Below are positions 1 through 8,435 of a stretch of 42,166 nucleotides of DNA, piece after piece. Each line of letters starts with the position of its first letter. The first letter of the stretch is position 1. The translations under genes and the position numbers were made by a program. This DNA is from a virus. The stretch is taken from IMG/VR virus record IMGVR_UViG_2554235236_000002; one strand, 5' to 3'. The notes below the pieces were generated by a model, which did not search any database, had not been told where the DNA came from, and saw only the letters and a list, made by a program, of their open reading frames with translations.

Positions 1-1
1 T

Positions 2-172
2 ATGAGATTTCAATTACAAAACGGTGTTGGTGAAGAAATGGCTCTATCTGATGCGGAAATAGATAAAATTATTCTCGGTATTGAAGATGATCAATCTTTT
101 TATGATCAATTAGACGATATCCTGAAGGAACACATTGAGGATTTCGGCAAGAATTATGGCATTGAACTGTAA
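2..172 (+). CDS. Acidic hypothetical phage protein, probably 5'-truncated by the window
   Basis: Manual translation: open frame MRFQLQNG...YGIEL, stop TAA at 170-172. Confidence 0.55.
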   Translation: MRFQLQNGVGEEMALSDAEIDKIILGIEDDQSFYDQLDDILKEHIEDFGKNYGIEL

Positions 173-195
173 TAAGAAAAAGATGGAGATGGAAG

Positions 196-369
196 ATGAG
201 TGGTGTTAGAACAAAACTTTCATACAAACAGCTACACACATTAAAACACGCTTTATTAGAGTATATGAAACGTAAAGATATAACAGATGATGACTTTAAA
301 AGCGAACAGGATTTGTTGATAAAAATTAACTGCCAAATTGAAGAAATGAAGGAACGTTACAATATTTAG
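196..369 (+). CDS. Hypothetical phage protein (57 aa)
   Basis: Manual translation MSGVRTKLSY...ERYNI; GGAGA upstream. Confidence 0.7.
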   Translation: MSGVRTKLSYKQLHTLKHALLEYMKRKDITDDDFKSEQDLLIKINCQIEEMKERYNI

Positions 370-461
370 TTTTAATGAACTGAAAGTTCGGGCGTAAATC
401 GGAAAGTGAAGGCACTGTTAGCTGTTAAATGATAAAGCGAAATAAGGAAAGGATGAAAAGA

Positions 462-653
462 ATGGATTTAGTTGTATTTAAAAGAGATGTTTTCTTTGAG
501 GATAAACACAGTAATCCAATTTTTAAAAAGGGTAAGGAGTATGAAATATTAAGCGAGGATAAAGAGTTCATATACGTCAATTCTAAGCCGAAAACAAACG
601 AATGTTCACAAGTTCCAAAAAAAGAAGAGGGATTTATTTTTGAATACAAGTAA
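462..653 (+). CDS. Hypothetical phage protein
   Basis: ORF 429..653; RBS GAAAGGA favours ATG at 462. Confidence 0.65.
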   Translation: MDLVVFKRDVFFEDKHSNPIFKKGKEYEILSEDKEFIYVNSKPKTNECSQVPKKEEGFIFEYK

Positions 654-851
654 TGCAGCCTCGCCATAACAACGAAACAGACAAGAAGAAAAGAACATTA
701 AAGTTAAATGTGATATGTGTAACCGTTTAGGGGATAAAGACAAAATGAAAATAGGAATGTCAGGGTTTATTAATTCGCATTTACACAAATCAGCGGCCGG
801 AGCCGGGAAGGAGAATGAGGGATATGGAAAAGGGTTATCGAGTTCGATAGA

Positions 852-879
852 TTAAGTTAAAATCGTCATTTTAAACAAA
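852..879. repeat. 28-bp 11-6-11 boundary site, copy 1
   Basis: TTAAGTTAAAA-TCGTCA-TTTTAAACAAA. Confidence 0.8.
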
Positions 880-920
880 TTAAAAGAAAATATGGCTTTA
901 TCGAGTGGGAGGAGGATTAT

Positions 921-1325
921 ATGGGTTTAGATGTGACACATGGCGCCTTCAGTGGAGCATACTCGGCGTTTAATAATCTTAGAAGGTTTTTATTAAGATC
1001 AATTGGAGGTAGTTGGCCACCTCATGATGATAAAAAATTAAAGGATGGCCATTGGTATTTTGGTGAGGGCTATTCCACAAAAACGCATAAGGGACTAACT
1101 GAGTTTTTCGGTCATTCAGATTGTGATGGTGAAATTAGTCCTGAAATGTGTAAAATTGTTGCGGATGAACTAGAAGCCATCTTGCCATATGTAGAAGAGT
1201 TAGCGAAAAAAGAAATGCCTCATGGTCATATATTACGTGATGGTGGATACATAGTGTGCACAAAACAGTTTATTGCTGGCTGCAGACTAGCACATGAATT
1301 AAATGAACCATTAGAGTTTAGATAA
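921..1325 (+). CDS. Hypothetical phage protein (134 aa)
   Basis: Strong RBS GGAGGAGG; ORF track. Confidence 0.85.
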   Translation: MGLDVTHGAFSGAYSAFNNLRRFLLRSIGGSWPPHDDKKLKDGHWYFGEGYSTKTHKGLTEFFGHSDCDGEISPEMCKIVADELEAILPYVEELAKKEMPHGHILRDGGYIVCTKQFIAGCRLAHELNEPLEFR

Positions 1326-1344
1326 AAGCATGTTTTTAACGAGA
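1317..1344. repeat. 28-bp boundary site, copy 2
   Basis: TTTAGATAAAA-GCATGT-TTTTAACGAGA; contains the upstream stop codon. Confidence 0.85.
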
Positions 1345-1357
1345 TGGGAGGTATTAT

Positions 1358-1873
1358 GTGGGAGATATCCAGTTTTTAAAAGAGTTGCAAGAAGAATTGA
1401 GAACGCAAGAAAACGACGGTCAAGCTGCATCACGATTTTGGACAGTCGGTGATTATGAATGGGTCGAAGCTCGGGAGGAGAACGCAGAGCGCTATTCTGT
1501 ATACCTGCCATATAATGCAGAATCATATGTTTTAGATGATTATCTGGAAGAAATAAAAAAAGATAGTGAGCTGTCTGAAGAATGCCTAACTGAGCTGAAA
1601 GAAATTGGGGAAGACTATGACGAAGCTATTGAGTGGATTCAAAAATACATAGATGAAGAAGCAGAGTTAATTCCAGAAAGAAAGGTTCACATTATACAAC
1701 CAAATACAATGTTTTTGACCAAAAAAGAAGCAAAGAGTCACATCAAATCGAATAAGCATCATTACACTTCAAAAGCTCATACTTATGCTATGACAGCTTG
1801 GAGAGCGCCTAAAGTGGAACGACTATTGAAGATATTAGAAACATTTGATTGGGATTCAATTAAGATCAAATAG
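1358..1873 (+). CDS. Hypothetical phage protein (171 aa)
   Basis: RBS GGGAGGT, GTG start; ORF track. Confidence 0.85.
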   Translation: MGDIQFLKELQEELRTQENDGQAASRFWTVGDYEWVEAREENAERYSVYLPYNAESYVLDDYLEEIKKDSELSEECLTELKEIGEDYDEAIEWIQKYIDEEAELIPERKVHIIQPNTMFLTKKEAKSHIKSNKHHYTSKAHTYAMTAWRAPKVERLLKILETFDWDSIKIK

Positions 1874-1887
1874 TTATTTTATTATGA
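1860..1887. repeat. 28-bp boundary site, copy 3
   Basis: TTAAGATCAAA-TAGTTA-TTTTATTATGA. Confidence 0.7.
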
Positions 1888-1899
1888 AGGAGGAATTGT

Positions 1900-2148
1900 G
1901 TGTTTATCATTCAAAACATCGAAACGGAATTCTATTTGAAACATAATGGGAGCGAGTCATTAGAACACCCCTATATCGAAGTGGCCTGTCCGGGAGATGC
2001 AGAAGCTTTCAGTTCATTGAAACACGCAAAATATGCAGTTACATGGTATTGCGATATGTTTAAAAAATGGAGAATTATCGATGTATACGAAGGTAAATCG
2101 TATGTGAAGAATAAAATTTTTGAATTTGTTTTAGAAGAAGCTATGTAA
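1900..2148 (+). CDS. Hypothetical phage protein (82 aa)
   Basis: RBS AAGGAGG. Confidence 0.8.
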   Translation: MFIIQNIETEFYLKHNGSESLEHPYIEVACPGDAEAFSSLKHAKYAVTWYCDMFKKWRIIDVYEGKSYVKNKIFEFVLEEAM

Positions 2149-2157
2149 CGGAGAGTA

Positions 2158-2970
2158 TTAATCTCTCCAGGAATTAAATGAGGGGATACGAAGTTTGCCA
2201 TTTTTAGTCTTAAAACGGTGCTTCACATTACATAATAAAGGCTTAATGAATACATAATCGTCATTTTCATATTCTATTTGTTTGATAGAGTGGAAGTATT
2301 TGCGTTCATCGAATGGCATAAATTCCATGAACCCGGCAGATAAACCGTCAGGGTAACTGAGAAGAAACTTGATATCTTCCTTAGTGTATCCAGTAATGAG
2401 CACGTCAGTGTACTGATAATTTATAACCTTGATCCAGTTTTCCGATCTCTTGTTGATCTCGTAAGGGGAGTTTGCTTTCTTAAGCACGATTCCTTCAAGG
2501 TTCTTTTCTTTAGTCATTTCAAAATAGGCTTTTCCTTTGCCTTGTACTCCTTCAATCACAAAGATATTTGGATGGTTAAGATTTAGTGATCTAAGGAATT
2601 CCTTGCGTTTAAAAAGTGGATTTGAAGCTATTGATATTTCATTTAATCTTATGACATCGAACACGCAATAAACAATTTGATGAGAAGATTTGCTTGATTG
2701 AAAACGTTCCATAACAGATTCAAAATCGGGCAACCCATCAGAATTGGTAACGATAATTTCCCCATCTAAGACTGTCCCTTCGGGAATATCAATATCATGC
2801 AGCTCAGGGAATTTATTGGTGACTTCATTATTATGGCGCGTGTAAAGCTTAATCTTGCCATCTTGATTAGAAAGAATGATCCGTATCCCATCAAATTTAA
2901 GCTCAGTAATATAGTTTTCATCATCAAATGGCTCTTTAGCTGAATCAAGCAGCATTGGAGCTATAAACAA
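2158..2970 (-). CDS. ligB: ATP-dependent DNA ligase
   Basis: Motifs ELKFDGIR, LDGEII, FDVI, EGIVLK; RBS GGAGGTGG before TTG at 2970. Confidence 0.92.
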   Translation of the reverse strand: MFIAPMLLDSAKEPFDDENYITELKFDGIRIILSNQDGKIKLYTRHNNEVTNKFPELHDIDIPEGTVLDGEIIVTNSDGLPDFESVMERFQSSKSSHQIVYCVFDVIRLNEISIASNPLFKRKEFLRSLNLNHPNIFVIEGVQGKGKAYFEMTKEKNLEGIVLKKANSPYEINKRSENWIKVINYQYTDVLITGYTKEDIKFLLSYPDGLSAGFMEFMPFDERKYFHSIKQIEYENDDYVFIKPLLCNVKHRFKTKNGKLRIPSFNSWRD

Positions 2971-3063
2971 AAAAACCACCTCCATTTAAACATCTTATCT
3001 AAGGAGAGATGTTATTTAAAGCAAAATGCTGATGGTACTTAATGGATTAAAAGGAGGGATGTA

Positions 3064-3288
3064 ATGCACCAAACAACAGTGCAGATTAAAGATGTGAAAG
3101 TATTGATTAGGGGGATCTGGACAAAGAAGAAATTCACTGAAATAGAACGCGGCCAGACATTTATGATTGAGGAAGATGGCTGCTTTAAAAAGTACATAGC
3201 AAGAACAGAGCCTTATTGGGATAAGGAATTTGAAGCTTATGTTGTTGATGTGATGGATAAAAACAAGTTGAGGAGAGGGATTAGATGA
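3064..3288 (+). CDS. Hypothetical phage protein (74 aa)
   Basis: RBS AAAGGAGG. Confidence 0.8.
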   Translation: MHQTTVQIKDVKVLIRGIWTKKKFTEIERGQTFMIEEDGCFKKYIARTEPYWDKEFEAYVVDVMDKNKLRRGIR

Positions 3289-3428
3289 GCAAGCTTTCCA
3301 TATTAAAATTCAGTAGAGATATCGGGAAACCATTTAGTCAATTGGCGTTTGTAATTAATGAGTTGTCTTTTGATTATAAATCGAAAAGAGAGTTGCTGCA
3401 ACAAATTGAAAAAGTCCGGTTTAGTTAA
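3285..3428 (+). CDS. Small hypothetical protein (47 aa)
   Basis: Manual translation MSKLSILKF...KVRFS; ATGA overlap with upstream gene; stop lies in boundary site. Confidence 0.55.
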   Translation: MSKLSILKFSRDIGKPFSQLAFVINELSFDYKSKRELLQQIEKVRFS

Positions 3429-3447
3429 AACAGAAATTTTATATAAA
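3420..3447. repeat. 28-bp boundary site, copy 4
   Basis: TTTAGTTAAAA-CAGAAA-TTTTATATAAA. Confidence 0.85.
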
Positions 3448-3460
3448 TTAAAAGGAGATA

Positions 3461-4714
3461 ATGATGAATTATCAATTTGAAAAAAATAAGCTGTATGCTT
3501 ATCTAGGGGAAGACTTAGTGAAATCTTTAAAGAAATATGAAGTTATTATTGCTGGTGGAGCAATTACAAGCCTATTCAATAATAAAGAGATTAATGATAT
3601 TGACCTTTACTTTAGAAGTGACAAACTGGCCTGTGATTTTTTGAGTGAATATTGGCATGATGGTATTTATGTGGCATCTCTCACAAAGAAAGCAGCATTA
3701 TTTATAAAAGGTGAATTAAAAGTGCAAATGATCCATTTTAGATTTTTTACCGATCCAAAAGAGATCTTTAAAACGTTTGACTATACAGTTTGCATGGGTG
3801 TATTTGATTTTAAAACTGAGGAGTTCACCCTACATAACGATTTTTTAAAACACAATTCCCAGCGCGTGCTGAGATTTAATAGTGGCACAGCTTTTCCGAT
3901 TGTTTCGCTTATTAGAGTACAAAAATACATCGACAAAGGGTACACCATTTCTAAATCAGAATTAATCCGTGTAATTCTTGCTTGTATGAATTTGAATATT
4001 GATACATACGAAGAGCTTAAGGAACACATAGGAGGGATGTATGGAGTAAATTATGACAAGCTATTCGAAGAAGGAAATGATTCACCTTTCGATTTGCAAA
4101 AAGTTATTGATCAAATCGCAAATATCCACTTAAATGATGAGTATTTTAAAGAGCCTGTTTCATTAGAATTCAAAGATCTTGATGATATTTTAGATACTAT
4201 CAATAAGAGTCCAGTTAAAACAATCACAATAAATGATGATAAATATAGAATTGGACATGACGGATACTTGAATAATTCATGCGCAGCTCCAGTACAAGAG
4301 ATTAAGTTAGACACTGGAGACTTTTTTAAAAACGAACGGTTCTACAAATTTGTAAGAAAAAGAGGAGATGGAAGACTGACAAGCTTTTGGGACGAAGACT
4401 TTGAGTATGTGGTAGGAGAAATGGCTACGGCAAAAGGGGGCTTAACGTTATGGTCAGGAGAGGGCAAGTTATACTTCAATGAAAAGTCAGCAATTGATGA
4501 ATCGTCATATTATAACCGTGATGACAAAGTACTAATTGAAGTGTCAATTAAAGAAGAAGACTTCATTGAAGCTGAGTATGGGACTGTTGAAGCTAAGTCA
4601 TGTTTCGTATTAAGAGAGGTTCCACAGAAGGAATGGGAAACATATTTAGAGAATATCAATGACTCAACAATAAACGGCGAAGAAGATCAAGAAGCTGATG
4701 AAATTTTTATATAA
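3461..4714 (+). CDS. Nucleotidyltransferase-fold protein with extra C-terminal domain
   Basis: N-terminal IIAGGAI...DIDLYF matches the NTase hG[GS]...DhD signature. Confidence 0.65.
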   Translation: MMNYQFEKNKLYAYLGEDLVKSLKKYEVIIAGGAITSLFNNKEINDIDLYFRSDKLACDFLSEYWHDGIYVASLTKKAALFIKGELKVQMIHFRFFTDPKEIFKTFDYTVCMGVFDFKTEEFTLHNDFLKHNSQRVLRFNSGTAFPIVSLIRVQKYIDKGYTISKSELIRVILACMNLNIDTYEELKEHIGGMYGVNYDKLFEEGNDSPFDLQKVIDQIANIHLNDEYFKEPVSLEFKDLDDILDTINKSPVKTITINDDKYRIGHDGYLNNSCAAPVQEIKLDTGDFFKNERFYKFVRKRGDGRLTSFWDEDFEYVVGEMATAKGGLTLWSGEGKLYFNEKSAIDESSYYNRDDKVLIEVSIKEEDFIEAEYGTVEAKSCFVLREVPQKEWETYLENINDSTINGEEDQEADEIFI

Positions 4715-4733
4715 AAACGATATTTTATCCAGG
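4706..4733. repeat. 28-bp boundary site, copy 5
   Basis: TTTATATAAAA-ACGATA-TTTTATCCAGG; contains the upstream stop codon. Confidence 0.85.
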
Positions 4734-4755
4734 GAATAAGGAAAGGGGAAGAAAA

Positions 4756-5403
4756 ATGAGCAAGAGCAGCATTTATACAATTGATTCGAAGTTTAATGGA
4801 TTTGTAAAAAATGAATATAAAAACTCATGGTGGTTTAGCCCTGTGGTATGGGATGTTTTACTTGATAAATATATGCATGATGATATTCAAACACCATTTG
4901 GTTTTAAAAAAAGCATTATTGGATGGGATGGAGAGGAACTCAACAAGAAATTAAATCAACTCATGAACAGTTGTGATAATTTTTCAGATCGCATTTGTTG
5001 GGAAATCACTAATCAGCAAATATTTTTCACTAAAGATAAGGAGCAAATAGCAAAAGCTCTTAAAGATTTTGCTCAAATGAATAAAGAATTTCATAAAGAC
5101 TCTGAGGGCATTTCAGTTTTGACGTATGAACATATACTTGAGCGTTTTAATGAAATTGCAGACGATATATTAGCAATTAATGAAAAACATTATCCATATT
5201 TTGTGTTTAAAAACACAAGTGTTGATGACAATGTGGAATTTTGGTTTGAAAAATATGTTAAAGAAGCTGATGAGTATACAAGCAGAACTCTAAAGGAACT
5301 CAATGAGTATGTCACTGAATTTGTTAAGATTAAGGACAGCAAGATACAAGGGTTTATTAGCAATTTAGATTATTTTAATAAGAAACATGAAAAATTCGCA
5401 TAA
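4756..5403 (+). CDS. Hypothetical phage protein (215 aa)
   Basis: RBS AAAGGGG; ORF track. Confidence 0.85.
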   Translation: MSKSSIYTIDSKFNGFVKNEYKNSWWFSPVVWDVLLDKYMHDDIQTPFGFKKSIIGWDGEELNKKLNQLMNSCDNFSDRICWEITNQQIFFTKDKEQIAKALKDFAQMNKEFHKDSEGISVLTYEHILERFNEIADDILAINEKHYPYFVFKNTSVDDNVEFWFEKYVKEADEYTSRTLKELNEYVTEFVKIKDSKIQGFISNLDYFNKKHEKFA

Positions 5404-5422
5404 AAGTAATTTTTTATACAAA
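5395..5422. repeat. 28-bp boundary site, copy 6
   Basis: TTCGCATAAAA-GTAATT-TTTTATACAAA; contains the upstream stop codon. Confidence 0.85.
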
Positions 5423-5521
5423 TTAATAGTGAACAAATAAGGCGGGTTCAGAGGATGCTGCAGGCCGGATACAGGGAAAACAGATTGAACAATGGTTACA
5501 AGATGACGGGAGGTAAGGGGA

Positions 5522-5869
5522 ATGAGAGAGATTAAATTTCAGGCATGGGATTTAGATGCTGAACAAATGTATAACTGGGAAAGCATTAGACAACACTTTC
5601 ATGAACATTTAGATCAACCAAGGGTTAAGGTAAGACAATATGCTGGGTTAAATGATAAGCATGGAAAAGAATACTATGACGGAGACATTTTAAGAAATGA
5701 AAGAGGCGCTATTCTTGAAGTCGTGTTTGATGGTGGATGTTTTTATGTTGAGGGTTACGATCCTATTAGTAACCGTAATGTAAATGAGCTGCTATCTCTA
5801 TTTGCCACTTGGTCTGAGATTATTGGAGATAAATATCGAAATCCTGGTCTATTGGAGGCGGCGGAATGA
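5522..5869 (+). CDS. YopX family protein
   Basis: MREIKFxAWD, QYxGLxDKxGKExYxGDI, EIIGxxYxNPxLL motifs. Confidence 0.88.
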   Translation: MREIKFQAWDLDAEQMYNWESIRQHFHEHLDQPRVKVRQYAGLNDKHGKEYYDGDILRNERGAILEVVFDGGCFYVEGYDPISNRNVNELLSLFATWSEIIGDKYRNPGLLEAAE

Positions 5870-6129
5870 GCATCGATATCGTTGAATTTATAACATTTAA
5901 CCATAAAGGAGAACAAAAGCAAGAGCGCTTTCTGAAAACTGATCACGATAAATTTTTCGAGTTAATTGATGATTACACTAAAGATAGGGAGTTGATCGAG
6001 AATAAATCAATTTTTCAGGTTGACTTCTATGGATTTAAGACAGGTGACGAGCTTTTATATTTTGGTTTCTTCCGTGGAGATAATTTTTATTTAAGAGAGG
6101 ATTTTGCAGAATGTATATCATTGAGATAG
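5866..6129 (+). CDS. Hypothetical phage protein (87 aa)
   Basis: ATGA overlap; RBS GGAGG. Confidence 0.8.
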   Translation: MSIDIVEFITFNHKGEQKQERFLKTDHDKFFELIDDYTKDRELIENKSIFQVDFYGFKTGDELLYFGFFRGDNFYLREDFAECISLR

Positions 6130-6154
6130 AAAACCTTTAGGAGGCGGCGGAATA

Positions 6155-6277
6155 ATGGAAGATATTATTTGCCCTAGCTGCGGCGAAAGCGAATTAGAAC
6201 TATGGCATATGGATATTTACGAGTGCCCCGAGTGCGGGATCATGATTCCAAGTGAAGTATTGGAGGGGACGGGATGA
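6155..6277 (+). CDS. Small zinc-ribbon protein (40 aa)
   Basis: Manual translation MEDIICPSCG...YECPECG; RBS AGGAGG. Confidence 0.7.
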   Translation: MEDIICPSCGESELELWHMDIYECPECGIMIPSEVLEGTG

Positions 6278-6522
6278 TGCACCGCCTACTCTATCCGTTT
6301 AAGTGGACGTTTGCTGCGCTGGATTGGGTGTTTTATTACATTGGTGTTGCTGCGGCTTCCGTTTCGGACTTGTTCGGTGAGGCAGCCGACTACTTCCGTA
6401 TTTGTATCGAAATCGCAGAACAGCGGAAAAGAGGCGTGAGAGTCATTTATATCGAGAAGAAGAGGAGGCGGGATGATGGGGCAGATGACACAAGAGGAAA
6501 TCAATGTCGCTCTTTTCGATGA
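6274..6522 (+). CDS. Hypothetical phage protein
   Basis: RBS GGAGGGG; ORF track. Confidence 0.6.
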   Translation: MMHRLLYPFKWTFAALDWVFYYIGVAAASVSDLFGEAADYFRICIEIAEQRKRGVRVIYIEKKRRRDDGADDTRGNQCRSFR

Positions 6523-6688
6523 AGGTCAACGGTTGCGGCAAGAAATCAGGCGGATAAAAAAGGAGAAAGAACGGTACAGAAACGCCCTTGAGCAGATCGC
6601 GAAAATGGAAAAAGCGAGGACTGCGCCTGAATTAGTGATTTGTAAGTATGCGAGATACGCAAGGGAAGCATTGGAAGCGGCGGAATGA
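6473..6688 (+). CDS. Coiled-coil hypothetical protein
   Basis: RBS GAGGAGG; ends LEAAE. Confidence 0.7.
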   Translation: MMGQMTQEEINVALFDEGQRLRQEIRRIKKEKERYRNALEQIAKMEKARTAPELVICKYARYAREALEAAE

Positions 6689-6725
6689 GTTGCAGAGCGG
6701 GCAATCGAGGAATGATTACTTAACT

Positions 6726-6753
6726 TCTGAATAAAAACAATCTTTTATCTGAA
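6726..6753. repeat. 28-bp boundary site, copy 7
   Basis: TCTGAATAAAA-ACAATC-TTTTATCTGAA. Confidence 0.8.
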
Positions 6754-6766
6754 AGCAGGTGGCTTT

Positions 6767-7021
6767 TTGTTTAGTTTACTTAAAAATACTTGTGAGCAAT
6801 GCGAATTCTATTCAGAATATAAGACTGCAAATATGCTACATAAAGATAAGACAGTAACAAGAGGGGAAGTGCTCATGAGATATTGCAAAAAGATGAAAGA
6901 TGAACTCCGAGATATGGAGAAATGCGAGCTTTTTCAATTGAGAGGGGGAAAAATAACTTTTACTGAAGCAGTCGATCATTATTTTAAAACAAAAAGAGAA
7001 AATTTGAGGACAAAATACTAA
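6767..7021 (+). CDS. Cys-containing hypothetical protein
   Basis: CxxC...C...C; RBS AGGTGG. Confidence 0.7.
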   Translation: MFSLLKNTCEQCEFYSEYKTANMLHKDKTVTRGEVLMRYCKKMKDELRDMEKCELFQLRGGKITFTEAVDHYFKTKRENLRTKY

Positions 7022-7036
7022 TTAAAATGACAGGGA

Positions 7037-7300
7037 GTGTTTAATGTGTCAGTTAAGCAACTTTGCGGAGGACAATGCACAGAAGAAACAATTGATTTGG
7101 TTAGGAGGCAATTACTGCAGCAGCAAAGCGCCTTACTCACTCAAAAGGCAAAAATTGAGACTAAGATTAGACGTCTGACAGATTTACTGCAATTAGAAAA
7201 TGACAAGCTTGAAAAAGTTAAATGTGAGCTAGGAAAGATTCAGTGTGAGCTTGAGGAACTGGGTTGCCTGGAGAAAGCATTGCATGAAGAGAATTTTTAA
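7037..7300 (+). CDS. Coiled-coil hypothetical protein
   Basis: ORF track; heptad pattern. Confidence 0.65.
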   Translation: MFNVSVKQLCGGQCTEETIDLVRRQLLQQQSALLTQKAKIETKIRRLTDLLQLENDKLEKVKCELGKIQCELEELGCLEKALHEENF

Positions 7301-7381
7301 TTTCCATATTTTTTATTAGATTAGTAAAAATGTACAGAGGATGTAGTATAATGGTCTTGTTATAAGTTAAGGAGGAAAGTC

Positions 7382-8032
7382 ATGAGGAGACCGTTAATTA
7401 AGTATTTATCTGTTTTTGGGATAATCGTAGTAGTAGGAGGGGCCATAGTCATCTATAATGCCTTAAATAACAATGACAAAGAATCAAATGATAATGCTTC
7501 TTCTGAGGACACATCTGAAGAAAATTCTAATGATGTACATAGTATTTCTTCAAGTGAATCAGATGAAAATGGGATGACGCCTGATGAATTTCAACAGCGA
7601 TTTAACAAAGAGGCAAAGAAGCTATTAGGCGAAAACACTAAATCAATAAACCTTGAATATAGTGATGGAGAAAGTTTAAATAGTTTTTCTTATGAGTTTA
7701 ATGATAATTTGATTTTAGTAGGTGGATTTGAAAAGGGCACAAATAAAATTGCAGAATTAATATTAACGACAAAGGATGAGTTAGAAGGCGATAGCCTTAA
7801 AAGTTATCTGCAGGTTGCTGGGGTTATAATTAAAGTGTTTAATCCGTATATGACAACGACTGAAATAACAAATATGATTTACAGTAAATTGGACTTGAAC
7901 AATGTAATAAATAATCATGGGGTAAAATCACATAAAGTTGAATCAGAAGTTTATGATAATTTAAGGTATTCTTTTAATTATTCTGTTGAAAAATTAGGAT
8001 TATTGTTTACAATTTCAATTTCAGAAGATTGA
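7382..8032 (+). CDS. Membrane-anchored exported protein
   Basis: N-terminal TM helix, acidic Ser/Asn linker; RBS AAGGAGG; TATAAT at 7347-7352. Confidence 0.8.
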   Translation: MRRPLIKYLSVFGIIVVVGGAIVIYNALNNNDKESNDNASSEDTSEENSNDVHSISSSESDENGMTPDEFQQRFNKEAKKLLGENTKSINLEYSDGESLNSFSYEFNDNLILVGGFEKGTNKIAELILTTKDELEGDSLKSYLQVAGVIIKVFNPYMTTTEITNMIYSKLDLNNVINNHGVKSHKVESEVYDNLRYSFNYSVEKLGLLFTISISED

Positions 8033-8040
8033 ATGTACAG

Positions 8041-8069
8041 AATATAGCAGGCATTCAGCCTGCTATATT
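8041..8069. terminator. Bidirectional intrinsic terminator
   Basis: AATATAGCAGGC-ATTCA-GCCTGCTATATT perfect 12-bp stem between convergent genes. Confidence 0.85.
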
Positions 8070-8071
8070 AG

Positions 8072-8419
8072 TTACTTTAATACCTTTTTAATCATCTTAT
8101 CCATTATGCCATCAGCTTGATAACCTTTTAGGATATCTTCAACTTTGTCCATTGGAACACTGTCTGTTGGGAGATCTTGTATTTCTGCTAATTTAGATCT
8201 AACATCTTCTTTCGTCGGAGCTTTGCTTTGAATATGATGGTCAATGAGATATTTCTCAAGCTTCCCCGATTCTTCAGAAGTGAGTCCATACTTCAAAATT
8301 ACAAAATCCCTAGTTGTGAAATCAGGAGCAAGATGCTCATACAGTGAAACAATTGCATTTTTCATGTGCATCAAAGTTGCGGTAAGCTCTTCTCTTTCTT
8401 TATCGTTCATTGTATTCAC
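8072..8419 (-). CDS. Small helical cytoplasmic protein, candidate immunity protein
   Basis: Directly downstream of the secreted protein gene; role inferred from position. Confidence 0.7.
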   Translation of the reverse strand: MNTMNDKEREELTATLMHMKNAIVSLYEHLAPDFTTRDFVILKYGLTSEESGKLEKYLIDHHIQSKAPTKEDVRSKLAEIQDLPTDSVPMDKVEDILKGYQADGIMDKMIKKVLK

Positions 8420-8435
8420 CTTCCAACATCGTTAA

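Noticed and set aside
353-380. Possible extra boundary site after the 196..369 ORF
   Set aside because: Right arm fits (TTTTAATGAAC) but the left arm does not.
852-6753. CRISPR-like interpretation of the recurring 28-bp motif
   Set aside because: Copies are degenerate and separated by whole genes, not 30-40 bp spacers; no cas genes.
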